From the IMG/VR virus record IMGVR_UViG_3300031576_000012, positions 30,997-94,996 of that record: a stretch of DNA of 64,000 nt; one strand, written 5' to 3'. The stretch is from a virus. The notes beneath the pieces are model-generated. The model did not search any database. It was not told the DNA's origin and saw only the letters and a list, made by a program, of their open reading frames with translations. The position numbers and the translations under genes were made by a program. Shown here piece after piece: positions 45,335-54,908 of this stretch (the stretch's first letter is position 1; each line of letters opens with the position of its first letter).

Positions 45335-45513
45335 TACCAACAGAATATCTAGATCACAAATCGGATCTGCTAAATGACTATGAATACTTAGCACAAGCAT
45401 TCAGATGGGGTCCAGATCAGGTAGATTATATAGGTTGGAGTTATAGGAAACACATTATTGACGATCATAGATCAGCAATGAAAGAAGTAGAAGCCCGTGG
45501 CAGGACCAAATAA
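45301..45513 (+). CDS. frameshift-encoded C-terminal extension of the tail chaperone (gpGT-like)
   Basis: -1 frame ORF without its own RBS; YLAQAFRWGPDQV...W..R pattern typical of GT tails. Confidence 0.75.
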   Translation, partial: FFRPTSDPHNIIPTEYLDHKSDLLNDYEYLAQAFRWGPDQVDYIGWSYRKHIIDDHRSAMKEVEARGRTK

Positions 45514-47503
45514 CATAAACATATTAATTAGTGTTAAAAACCAAGCTTCTGGACCTCTAAGACAGGTTCGGAAAGAGGTAACTGACTTCAGAAATGAACT
45601 AGTACAGTTCAATAGAAGGCTGTTTACTGCTAGTGCGGTTTATGCTACATTTACTCAAGCGTTTAGAAAAGCGTTTGATTTTGCAGCTGTAGGCGCAGAT
45701 TTTGATATGTTTAGAAGTAGGTTTGAATCTACTTTTGATGAAAGTTATTTGAAGAGATTGCGTATTGCGTCCAAAGGAACAATGGATGCGATGTCCATGA
45801 TGCAACTCTCTATTCAAAACCATGCTCGTGGTCTAAAACAAGCTGAAACAGAAAAGATCTTCACTTTATCTGTTGGTGCAGCTAAGTTATTAGGTACTTC
45901 GACTTCACAAGCCGCAAGTAAGATGTCAAAAGCCTTACATGGCTTGAGTGTTACTGGTATGCAGCAATTTATGGTTGCTTTGAACACCAATAATCAGTTC
46001 AAAAATATGGACGTAATGATTAAACGTCTAACCAAAGGGTTAAACTCTGCGGGAATGGAAACTACAAATTTCCGAAGAATCGCACTAAGAGAACTTGAAA
46101 TTGCTCTAGGGGAAATCTCAGCTGAAACTGGAGATGCTAAAACCCTATTTATGCAATTAGGTGCTAGTACTGATAGCGTAAGACAAGTATTTGGTAGTTT
46201 TCTATCAAGAGCTGTCTCACCTCTAGCTGCTGGAATGGCAAGATTGAATTGGGATTTATTCGATAAATTCAATGATATTTTGTCTAACTCTAATAAACAA
46301 GTCAAAAACTTAAGAGAAGGACTTGTAGACTTCGCTCAAATGGGCGGGGGTATTGTAGGAGCTACAGCAGGATTAGTCGGTGGATTGTCACTATTAGCTT
46401 TAGCTGGTTCGACATTAGGAGTTACATTTGGTGGAGTTGTAGGTCTTCTAAGTTTATTCTTAGTAGGAATGAAGAAAGCTAAAGATGGAAGTGGTGGTTT
46501 TCTACAAGCTATATCTAACTTTGGTACAGCTTTAAAGTTCTGGTATCAAGCGTTTACTTCTTATCAAGATGGGGTTTCAACCTTCTCTGGTGAAGTAATG
46601 GGCCGCTTAAATAAAATGGATGAGTCATCTAGAAATAGAATTGTATTCATCGCAAAAATGTTTGTATTGGCACGTTCTGCGATAGATGGTTTTACAGACG
46701 GGATTAAAAATACAATCAATTTTGCTACTAAATTATTAACTACGTTCGGTTTATTCGACGCAAAGACAAAACAATTTAGTAAAGGATTTGAAGATTTTAT
46801 TAAAGGATCATTTAAAGCATTAGGAGCAATGGCTACTGTTTGGGCTTTATTTAAAGGAGTCGGAGCAGTAAAAGGTATGCTATCCAAGATCCCAGGAGTC
46901 GGAAGACTCTTCGGAGGTGGTGGAGGCGCTCCAAAAGGAAATGCATCTGATCCTATTTATACAAGAAGCGCAGATGGCCTACTTGGTGGTGCAGGTGGAG
47001 CACTTGGAGGTATGACCAGTTTGTGGACTACCTTAACTGCTAAACATGCTCTAACAATGGGCAATGTCCTTAAAGTAGGATTAGGTAGCGCAGGTTGGCT
47101 TGCCGCAGCTGGAGCAGCTGGTTATGGCGTAGGAACAATGGCTGATCAACAGTGGGATCTTTCAGGTAAAATTGCTGATGCTTTGTTCAAGTCTTCTGCT
47201 GGTGCAAATGCTGGTAAGGATCTTTTAGGTTCTAATAAAGGTCAGGCCGGAGCACTTAATAGAGCTACTATGGATGAGGGATTTACTGCTTCTGCTCAGA
47301 ATTTTTCTAGAGCAAAGAATTTAGCAGGACTAGTATCTCAAATGGAATCAAAAGGTGGTTCATTTGATACAGAATCTCTTAAGAAATTGACCAGTGGTGG
47401 GTTAAACATTGAAGAAACAAATACTTTAATCGAAAATATTTATACATTTTTAAGAAATAATAAGCCTAATCAATTTGTCACTAAACTTAATGCAGGGAGT
47501 TAA
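45497..47503 (+). CDS. tape measure protein
   Basis: Long helical A/G-rich protein with hydrophobic segments; N-terminal I.I...NQASGPL; canonical position. Confidence 0.88.
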   Translation: MAGPNNINILISVKNQASGPLRQVRKEVTDFRNELVQFNRRLFTASAVYATFTQAFRKAFDFAAVGADFDMFRSRFESTFDESYLKRLRIASKGTMDAMSMMQLSIQNHARGLKQAETEKIFTLSVGAAKLLGTSTSQAASKMSKALHGLSVTGMQQFMVALNTNNQFKNMDVMIKRLTKGLNSAGMETTNFRRIALRELEIALGEISAETGDAKTLFMQLGASTDSVRQVFGSFLSRAVSPLAAGMARLNWDLFDKFNDILSNSNKQVKNLREGLVDFAQMGGGIVGATAGLVGGLSLLALAGSTLGVTFGGVVGLLSLFLVGMKKAKDGSGGFLQAISNFGTALKFWYQAFTSYQDGVSTFSGEVMGRLNKMDESSRNRIVFIAKMFVLARSAIDGFTDGIKNTINFATKLLTTFGLFDAKTKQFSKGFEDFIKGSFKALGAMATVWALFKGVGAVKGMLSKIPGVGRLFGGGGGAPKGNASDPIYTRSADGLLGGAGGALGGMTSLWTTLTAKHALTMGNVLKVGLGSAGWLAAAGAAGYGVGTMADQQWDLSGKIADALFKSSAGANAGKDLLGSNKGQAGALNRATMDEGFTASAQNFSRAKNLAGLVSQMESKGGSFDTESLKKLTSGGLNIEETNTLIENIYTFLRNNKPNQFVTKLNAGS

Positions 47504-47505
47504 AT

Positions 47506-48222
47506 ATGGCTACAGATAGTACTCCTACAATTTATAGTTTTTCAAGACGAGCTTTAAAAAAAGCTAGATTAGAAGTAGTAAGAGGGGATAACATCTCTGG
47601 AATTTCTTTAGGAGCTTTAGCAGAATTTTTTATAAATCCCTCTACGTGGGCTGAAAGTAAAACGGCCAATTGGGTAAAACATAATGTTCCAGGTAATAGT
47701 GATCCTCATCAACAATGGACCTCAAGTGGTGCAAGAACAATAACTTTTGAAGCCTTAGTTACTAATGACTCAGAAAATGGCATGGTTGTAAAAGACTCAA
47801 GCCAAGCTGCAGTATGTAACCCTCCAAGAGTTACTTCTGTAGTTAAAAGGATTGGTGCTATTGCTGCACAGGCTTTTAATATCTCAGGATTAAACCTAGA
47901 CGATGTTAAAGCAATCAATAGTTCTTCGGCTTTGAAATTAAATATTAATGAGAAGTTAAACTTTTACAGAAGTTTATGTTATCCAAATTTGGTTTCATCT
48001 CGTAATAGGGTAGAATCTGCCCCTTTCTTTGTTAAGTTGATTGTAGGATCTACCTTTGGGAAAAGAACTCAAAACTCGTTATTTGTTGTAGATAAGGTAG
48101 ATATTCAGATTACTAAACAATATCCTGATCTAGCTCCAATTGAAGCTAGAGTTACCTTTACTTTAACGGAGTTTGTTGGAAGAATTCTATCAGCTGATAC
48201 AAATATTCTAACGGATCAATAA
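47506..48222 (+). CDS. tube initiator (P2 gpU / CIS tube-like)
   Basis: FFINP...W...G.R.ITF...PIEARVTFTLTE. Confidence 0.8.
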   Translation: MATDSTPTIYSFSRRALKKARLEVVRGDNISGISLGALAEFFINPSTWAESKTANWVKHNVPGNSDPHQQWTSSGARTITFEALVTNDSENGMVVKDSSQAAVCNPPRVTSVVKRIGAIAAQAFNISGLNLDDVKAINSSSALKLNINEKLNFYRSLCYPNLVSSRNRVESAPFFVKLIVGSTFGKRTQNSLFVVDKVDIQITKQYPDLAPIEARVTFTLTEFVGRILSADTNILTDQ

Positions 48223-48545
48223 TGGCACGATTTAAAGATGGTTCAAGATATACTAATGGTAGTTTTACATTAGATGCTAATAAGAAAGAATTTTTAATTC
48301 TCCGAGGTAATGTTAGTATTCCTGAAAGTGGTCAGGATGTATTTTTTACTGTAAAAGGGGAACATCTTACCAGAGTGGATATTATATCTACGGAAGTATA
48401 TGGTAGGCCCGACTTGGGTTGGGTTATTATGGATGTCAATAAAATTAGACAACCCTTAGCAGATTTAAGAGTTGGTCAGGAATTACGAATTCCACCTCTC
48501 ACACTAGTTCAACAAGCGATTGAGCATTTAAACAAACAGGAGTAA
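48222..48545 (+). CDS. LysM-like baseplate protein (gpX/gp53-like)
   Basis: RVDIISTEVYG...W.I...N.I...GQELRIP. Confidence 0.85.
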   Translation: MARFKDGSRYTNGSFTLDANKKEFLILRGNVSIPESGQDVFFTVKGEHLTRVDIISTEVYGRPDLGWVIMDVNKIRQPLADLRVGQELRIPPLTLVQQAIEHLNKQE

Positions 48546-48548
48546 AAT

Positions 48549-50210
48549 ATGGCATTCATTGACAAGAATGAGATGAAAGACCCATATTTTTCTGTCAGAA
48601 TCGGACCTCCTGGAGGACAACCTGATCAAATGGTCACTTTGCCTACTTGGGTACACCAGTTAATTTACTCTTTTGAATATTCAGAGACTATTAATGGTGG
48701 AGAAGATTCCGCTGCTAGAATTAAATTGTTGTTTTATGAAACTCTCAATAGACCTGGATCTGTATTAGATCTTAAGATTAAAGATGGTAACATTATCTTT
48801 AAGGAACCAAAGCAGGTAAAAGAGGGTACTAAACAAGCATCTACTAGCATTGCTAATAAACCAGTGGCTAGTAATCAAGCTAAAGAATCTGGGTCGAAAC
48901 AATCCGCAGATACTAAGGCTAAATCAGAAAAAGAAGCAGAGAAAAAACTTCCTTCTGTATTTCTCTTACAAGAAAGAAATACCATAGAAGTAACTTGGGG
49001 GTATAGAAGTGCTAAAAATGCTCTATTGCAACCCAGGACTGTTAGAGCTGAGATCTTACAAATTACCCACAGGGCATCTGGAGAAGATATAGCCTCTACA
49101 GAAGTAAGTGCGGTAGATATAGGTACTGGGGAATTCTCTAAAGTATTTCCAAAAGAAGGTATTGATTTTACTATTAAAAAAGTAAAAGAATTACTTAGCG
49201 GTGCCCTTAAAGATTCTAGAGCAGCCGACAAAGCAAATGATGATAAGCCAGCTCGTATTGATGATATAGCTACAGCAATTGCTACGGCTTTGTTAAAAGA
49301 CACAGAAGTAAACGTTCAATTAGCTGACTCTGATTTAAAGATTGATATCCAAGATGATATCAGTGGAAGAAGATGGAGTACAGGAACTAATCTTCATGAC
49401 TTCTTAAAAGATTTAGCAGAAAAGATTTTTGCTCATTATTATATGAGCACTACCGTTAAAAACGGAAAAGTAAAAGCAGTTTTAAATATCGTGTCTAGAA
49501 GAAAACACGAAGGTTCAACAAGATTCCACTTTATGTGGATGTCAGGTTTAGCCGCTGCTGGTATTAACTCTAATAAGGGAACTTCATTAGTGTTTAATAC
49601 ATTAAAAGATTATGATATGCAATTATACCCAGTAGGTGGTTCAGGTGGAAGTTCAACAGGGGTATGTTCAGAAGAAAAACAAGTAGTAGGTTCTTCAGCT
49701 AATTATGAAGGAATTTTTAGACCCAAAGGGGCAGAACCTGTAGGTTCGATACAGTTTGTTAAGGTACAACAAGTTAAAACTACTGGGGATACAGCTGAAA
49801 AAGTAGACGCTACAGGAGCACCAGTTTACTCAGCTTCTTGTAGTGAAGAAAGCCATATTGCTAAGGCGAATAGATTAGCTGGAAGAATGGAAGCAAATTT
49901 AAGACTTTCCTTTAATAGTATTGGGATACCAAGGCTAAAACCTGAAGTAATCTTCATGTCTAATATAGGACAGCGTTATAGTGGTTTGTATTATCTTCTC
50001 TCGGTTACTCATACAATTACAGCGGAAAGCGGTTATGTATGTGCAGCTGTGGGTGAATCTAATAGTATAGCAAGTGGCGGTGTTGATGTTGGTGGAAACC
50101 CAGCTGTTAAAGAACCTGCTCCTGATCAAGTTCAATTGGCATTCAGGGCAGAACCTGGAAAGTCAAAGAAGGCTATCTTAGATACAGCTACTGTGCTTAA
50201 GAAAAAATAA
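48549..50210 (+). CDS. baseplate hub protein (gpD/gp27-like)
   Basis: VTWGY; GIPRLKP...IGQRYSGLYY..SVTH.I...GY C-terminal signature. Confidence 0.85.
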   Translation: MAFIDKNEMKDPYFSVRIGPPGGQPDQMVTLPTWVHQLIYSFEYSETINGGEDSAARIKLLFYETLNRPGSVLDLKIKDGNIIFKEPKQVKEGTKQASTSIANKPVASNQAKESGSKQSADTKAKSEKEAEKKLPSVFLLQERNTIEVTWGYRSAKNALLQPRTVRAEILQITHRASGEDIASTEVSAVDIGTGEFSKVFPKEGIDFTIKKVKELLSGALKDSRAADKANDDKPARIDDIATAIATALLKDTEVNVQLADSDLKIDIQDDISGRRWSTGTNLHDFLKDLAEKIFAHYYMSTTVKNGKVKAVLNIVSRRKHEGSTRFHFMWMSGLAAAGINSNKGTSLVFNTLKDYDMQLYPVGGSGGSSTGVCSEEKQVVGSSANYEGIFRPKGAEPVGSIQFVKVQQVKTTGDTAEKVDATGAPVYSASCSEESHIAKANRLAGRMEANLRLSFNSIGIPRLKPEVIFMSNIGQRYSGLYYLLSVTHTITAESGYVCAAVGESNSIASGGVDVGGNPAVKEPAPDQVQLAFRAEPGKSKKAILDTATVLKKK

Positions 50211-50221
50211 CGGAGGAGTTA

Positions 50222-51202
50222 ATGTCAATAAAGGTTAAGAACTGGATGGGGGAGTATAGTTATTTAGGCCCCTCTAAAGCTCTAGTAGTTGACAATAAAG
50301 ATCCTTCTTTTAAGGGCAGGATTAAGGTTTTAAGCCCTGTTTTTGGTGAAACTGGCTACATACATTACATTTACCCTGAAGATGGCTTCTTTAGCCCTCC
50401 AGATATAGGTTCGGTAGTACTTGTAGAGACAGACGGGGGAGACCCTAACTATATTGTAGCTAGAGGCACAATTAATGACGGGGACAAGTTAAACCCCGAT
50501 ACCAGAGTCGAATTAAGACGTTCTGTACCTACTAACAGGGGTTGGTCTACCCCAGGAGACTTAGACGCTCTAGGGAAGCCATTATCGACTAATGGGGGCC
50601 ATTTAATCGAGTTGGACGATGGTTTAGCCATTGATAACAACGGAAATGTAACCCATACCAAGGAATCTAAGGGTTTTAGGGTGTCTACGCTAGGTGGTCA
50701 CTTCCTACGCATGTGGGAAGAGGAAACTGATGGAACCCAGAAAAACCGAATAGAATTAGGTACTTCTGGTGGTCATAGCTTCTTTATGGCTGATGAGGCG
50801 GGTAAAACTAGCAATCAACAGCGTATAGAGTTTAAAACTACAGGGAATCAATATGTTCAGCTTATTGATGAAGCTGATTCCCAGCAACAGCAGGTTATCA
50901 TAAAAGATGCGGATCTCAGAACAATTGAAATCATTAAATCGAGTGATCGTATTCGCATTAGGAATTCGTCAAATACGATTCATATTGATATTGACCTTGC
51001 TAATGACACTATTGAAGTTGATGCAAAAATTGTAAAACTAGGTACAAATGCTACTGAGCATTTAGTTCGTGGAGATGCATTTAGAACTTTATTTAATATG
51101 CATACTCATCCAACTCCTGCTGGACCAAGTTTAAAACCATTTGAACAGATGGACCCTTCTTCAGCAAATACGCATCTTTCTAAAGAACATATGGTGGAGT
51201 AA
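50222..51202 (+). CDS. baseplate central spike (gpV/gp5-like)
   Basis: VVDNKDP...GRIKV OB-fold, PPDIGSVVLV, GH repeats, C-terminal HTH iron-binding tip. Confidence 0.9.
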   Translation: MSIKVKNWMGEYSYLGPSKALVVDNKDPSFKGRIKVLSPVFGETGYIHYIYPEDGFFSPPDIGSVVLVETDGGDPNYIVARGTINDGDKLNPDTRVELRRSVPTNRGWSTPGDLDALGKPLSTNGGHLIELDDGLAIDNNGNVTHTKESKGFRVSTLGGHFLRMWEEETDGTQKNRIELGTSGGHSFFMADEAGKTSNQQRIEFKTTGNQYVQLIDEADSQQQQVIIKDADLRTIEIIKSSDRIRIRNSSNTIHIDIDLANDTIEVDAKIVKLGTNATEHLVRGDAFRTLFNMHTHPTPAGPSLKPFEQMDPSSANTHLSKEHMVE

Positions 51203-51204
51203 TT

Positions 51205-51393
51205 ATGGCAGATTCTATTGCAACCTTACAAGGTAAAATTGTACTTTTGATTAATAATATGCTAACCCCTGCTTTTCAAGATCCAGCAGCTAGGTCAGCA
51301 GCTATCAGTCAATATGCTCTTGATCTAGCAACTGCTATTGATCAACATATTAAGTCACACAAAACTTCTGTAGAAAATGAAAGCTTAGTATAA
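51205..51393 (+). CDS. small baseplate-region protein
   Basis: GGAG RBS; LATAIDQHIK. Confidence 0.7.
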   Translation: MADSIATLQGKIVLLINNMLTPAFQDPAARSAAISQYALDLATAIDQHIKSHKTSVENESLV

Positions 51394-51394
51394 T

Positions 51395-51787
51395 ATGCCT
51401 ATCGGTAGACCACATTTTGGTAAGGGACTTAAGTTTCCCATCAAAAATCAATTTGAAAGTCAAATGGGAGTCGATAAGATTCTAGAGGACATACAATTGC
51501 TTTTACTTACCTCACCAGGGGAAAGAGTAATGAGACCATTATTTGGTAGTGGGTTGCCTAGCCGATTATGGGATAATTTAGATATTGTAGCAGAAGAGGG
51601 TGTCAATGATATCGCTTTTGCTCTCAGAGAATTTGAACCAAGAGTTACTCTTATTGAGGTTCAACCACTAATTGATAGGGCTAGAGGCGCTGTCTTTTTT
51701 CAAATTAGAATGATTATTTTAGAAACCAATCAGGAGGCTAACTTAGTGTTTCCATTTAAGCCTGCTTCTGAAATTGGTCAACGATAA
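51395..51787 (+). CDS. baseplate wedge / sheath initiator (gp25/gpW)
   Basis: GLKFP, LLTSPGERVMRPLFG, EPRV. Confidence 0.95.
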   Translation: MPIGRPHFGKGLKFPIKNQFESQMGVDKILEDIQLLLLTSPGERVMRPLFGSGLPSRLWDNLDIVAEEGVNDIAFALREFEPRVTLIEVQPLIDRARGAVFFQIRMIILETNQEANLVFPFKPASEIGQR

Positions 51788-51800
51788 GGAGCTATAGAAA

Positions 51801-54800
51801 ATGGCAAGTAACCGCTCCATAGATTATGTGGCAAAAGATTTTGATTCTATCGTAGACGCATTAATTGCTTACGCTACTATCAATTTCGGACCAGATACTT
51901 CGTCTAATCGCCAATGGACAGACTTCAACGTTGATGATTTTAGCCGTACTTGGCTAGAACTATTAGCTTATGTTGGAGACTTAGTATTTTATTACTTAGA
52001 TGTCCAAGCTACACAAAGTAATCTTGAAACAGCTACAATTAGATCAGCTGTTTTAAACATCGCTAAACAATTCGGATATGTAGTCCCTACAGCGACTTCT
52101 GCCTCTGGTTTAGCCAAATTCACCTTAACAAGTGCTCAAACTGTTCCTGTTGGGTTTAGACTGTCTTCTACAAATGGAGCACAGTTCTTTGTAGCAAGTG
52201 CTACTACTCAACCAGGATCTACGTCATTGCAACCTATTTTACAGGTTGTTCAAGGTGAACAGAAGCAAGATACCTTTATCGCTAAAGGGGTGCAAAATGA
52301 AGAACTTATTCTTAATTTTATCCCTCTAGTTAAAGATACAGATAACTCAATTGCATTGCTTAAAAGTCCTCGTGTTACTGTTAATGCTAATGCCTTTGAT
52401 CTTGTAGAAACCTTCGTTAATAGCCTACCTACAGATAAACACTATCGTTTATTCACAGATCCAGATGGAAGAACTATCTTGAGATTTGGCGATGGTATCT
52501 TTGGTGAAAAACTAGATTCTAATGATAGTGTAATTGCAGACTACCGAGTAGGTGGTGGCACGGTGGGTAATATCGCTGCTGATACACTTACAACATTAGT
52601 TGACAGCTCTACCTTCATCCAATCCGTAACCAATTCAGAAGCTTTCAGTGGAGGCGCAGATGAGCCTTCTACTGATAGGTTAAGGGGATTAGTCCCTGCT
52701 CACTTGAAAACTCTGGAACGAGCGGTAGCTCTACAAGATTATGCTGATATCGTTTTGGCTAACTTTCCTTCAGTTTCTAAGGCAGCCGCTGAAAGAAATA
52801 TAGATGACCCAGGAGTGGACATAAATGTCTACATTGTACCTTCAGGTACTTCTATTACTCCTATTACATCTAATCCGTCTCTACTAAACAACATTGGTGA
52901 TTATCTAGACGAACGGAAACCAGTGACTACAGTTATTAGCATCAGAGATGCTTTTGCTGTAGATACTTTATTTAAATTAGAAATGTTCTTACAGAATGGT
53001 ATTTCACGATCAGATGTTGCTGAAAATGTTACCACTCTATTAGAGACCTTTTTTAATCTAGAATCTGGTGATGTAGATGGAAGTGGTACCAAGTTCGGGC
53101 AGACCATTTTAATTAATGACCTATATGATATTTTGGCTACAATTGAAGGTGTTGATAGATTTGAACTTAAAAAGTTTCATTATCGCCCACGAGTAGTAGT
53201 CAGTAAATCATTAGGAGCTAATTATATCGTAGGAGAGGTTAAACTCTTTCCAACTGCTGATGATTCAGAATGGTTAATTGCCCCAAATTACTCTGTAACA
53301 AATCCAGAGTATATCTCATATACTGCCTTTAAAAAGATTAGGGCTGCAGTAACCAACTTAAGTGAAGACAGTCTTTCAGATGATACTTTAAATTTCTCAG
53401 CTGTAGAAAGTTCTACTTCTGCTATTAATATAGAGGGAGCAGTAAATCAAGTATTTGATTCAACTAAGACTTTTTTAACAGATGAATTCGTAGGAGGTTC
53501 AGATGCGATTACTATTACAAATGTCTCAGGCAATACTTGGGATTTCTCAGGAGCAGCTTTTACTCCTCGTAATGGTGATAGAGTCCAGCAAGGTAGTAAT
53601 TTTGCTTTCATAAAACAAATTATAGATGTGGATACGTTTCTTCTTTCCTCTGGAGCACCAGGAGCTTTATCTAACGGTGCAGCTACAATGATTAGAGATG
53701 AGTATCTCTTTATTGATGCAGCTAATAATATCTGGACTATTGAAGATAATGATGCCCATTCTTTAGTATTATCACAATTTGCGATAAACAATGTTATCAT
53801 ATCAGACGTAGCAGCCGGTGAATATAAGGTTGTTAAAAGTCTTATCGGCGCTAACTTAGTGTTTAGAAATTTAACTTTTCAAGGAATCGACTATAACACA
53901 CATAATACTTTCTACAGATTAAATTCAAATTTCAATCTTGTAGGAACTATTAGTGATGAGTTTCAGATTTCGAGACCCCAACAAAGACTAGGAAATTTTG
54001 GTGTAAACGTAACCATTGATTCCTTTAGTTTAAGCACTCCAACTCCTGGAAAGGGAAGAGTACACTTTGCTGGAGCACCAGACTTTAGTGGTGTAACAGT
54101 AGGTACTTCAAGTGATTATGTCCTAATTGATAATAATAAAAATATCTTTGAAATTGTAGGCGTGAATAACGTAGACAAGACAGTGGATATTCTTCATCAA
54201 TCAGGAACAACAGTAAATCCTATGGTATCAGGTGGATCTCCTGCATCAATTTGTCAACGATATTACAGTGATAATAACGAGATAAGTTTTGCGATAGGCA
54301 TTTCAAACCTCCCAACAGGGTTAGGTTTTCAAGCTTTAGGTTCTATTACAACAGTTCCTGTTGCGAATATTGTAGACGGGGAAACCTTCGTATTAAATGA
54401 CGGAGTTAATCCTATCGTTACCTTTGAGTTCAACAAAGTAGGTACAGTAGCTTTCGGGAACGTAGAAGTAGATCTTATAACAGGCTCTCCTACAACTGCT
54501 AATGATGTAAGAGACAGAATTATAACAGCTATCTCAGGAGCACCATTACTAGCTATTTCAGGCTCTATTGGTGGAGCAAGTCTAGTAGCTTTACAGAATG
54601 ATTCTTTGGGAACCCAAGGAAATCAGAACGTTATAGAAGGTGTAGCTGATGCTGGCTTTACAGTAATAGGCATGTCAGGGGGGTTAAATTCGGGAAGTAT
54701 CCCAACCCCTATCATTCCTGGTCCGGCACAATTCCCTGATGATTTAGGATTTGATAATAGCGGCAATTCCTTGGATCATTTTGAATTCAGGATATCCGGT

Positions 54801-54893
54801 TTTGCTGATGACGTTGTAAATTTAAGAAAAAATGAAATCCCACAATTTGACTCAGATGATTTAGAGTTAGATCTTCGTGGCGGCGTAGTTTAA
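51801..54893 (+). CDS. baseplate wedge protein (gpJ/gp6-like) with long C-terminal extension
   Basis: DYVAKDFDSI, AKQFGY, FGDGIFG, GG..GN, SGGADE, RAVALQDY. Confidence 0.93.
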   Translation: MASNRSIDYVAKDFDSIVDALIAYATINFGPDTSSNRQWTDFNVDDFSRTWLELLAYVGDLVFYYLDVQATQSNLETATIRSAVLNIAKQFGYVVPTATSASGLAKFTLTSAQTVPVGFRLSSTNGAQFFVASATTQPGSTSLQPILQVVQGEQKQDTFIAKGVQNEELILNFIPLVKDTDNSIALLKSPRVTVNANAFDLVETFVNSLPTDKHYRLFTDPDGRTILRFGDGIFGEKLDSNDSVIADYRVGGGTVGNIAADTLTTLVDSSTFIQSVTNSEAFSGGADEPSTDRLRGLVPAHLKTLERAVALQDYADIVLANFPSVSKAAAERNIDDPGVDINVYIVPSGTSITPITSNPSLLNNIGDYLDERKPVTTVISIRDAFAVDTLFKLEMFLQNGISRSDVAENVTTLLETFFNLESGDVDGSGTKFGQTILINDLYDILATIEGVDRFELKKFHYRPRVVVSKSLGANYIVGEVKLFPTADDSEWLIAPNYSVTNPEYISYTAFKKIRAAVTNLSEDSLSDDTLNFSAVESSTSAINIEGAVNQVFDSTKTFLTDEFVGGSDAITITNVSGNTWDFSGAAFTPRNGDRVQQGSNFAFIKQIIDVDTFLLSSGAPGALSNGAATMIRDEYLFIDAANNIWTIEDNDAHSLVLSQFAINNVIISDVAAGEYKVVKSLIGANLVFRNLTFQGIDYNTHNTFYRLNSNFNLVGTISDEFQISRPQQRLGNFGVNVTIDSFSLSTPTPGKGRVHFAGAPDFSGVTVGTSSDYVLIDNNKNIFEIVGVNNVDKTVDILHQSGTTVNPMVSGGSPASICQRYYSDNNEISFAIGISNLPTGLGFQALGSITTVPVANIVDGETFVLNDGVNPIVTFEFNKVGTVAFGNVEVDLITGSPTTANDVRDRIITAISGAPLLAISGSIGGASLVALQNDSLGTQGNQNVIEGVADAGFTVIGMSGGLNSGSIPTPIIPGPAQFPDDLGFDNSGNSLDHFEFRISGFADDVVNLRKNEIPQFDSDDLELDLRGGVV

Positions 54894-54908
54894 TAGTAGG
54901 AGCAAAGA

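Noticed and set aside
40145-54893. Stand-alone eCIS or tailocin
   Set aside because: Terminase, portal, scaffold and capsid genes lie in the same late module, so this is a phage
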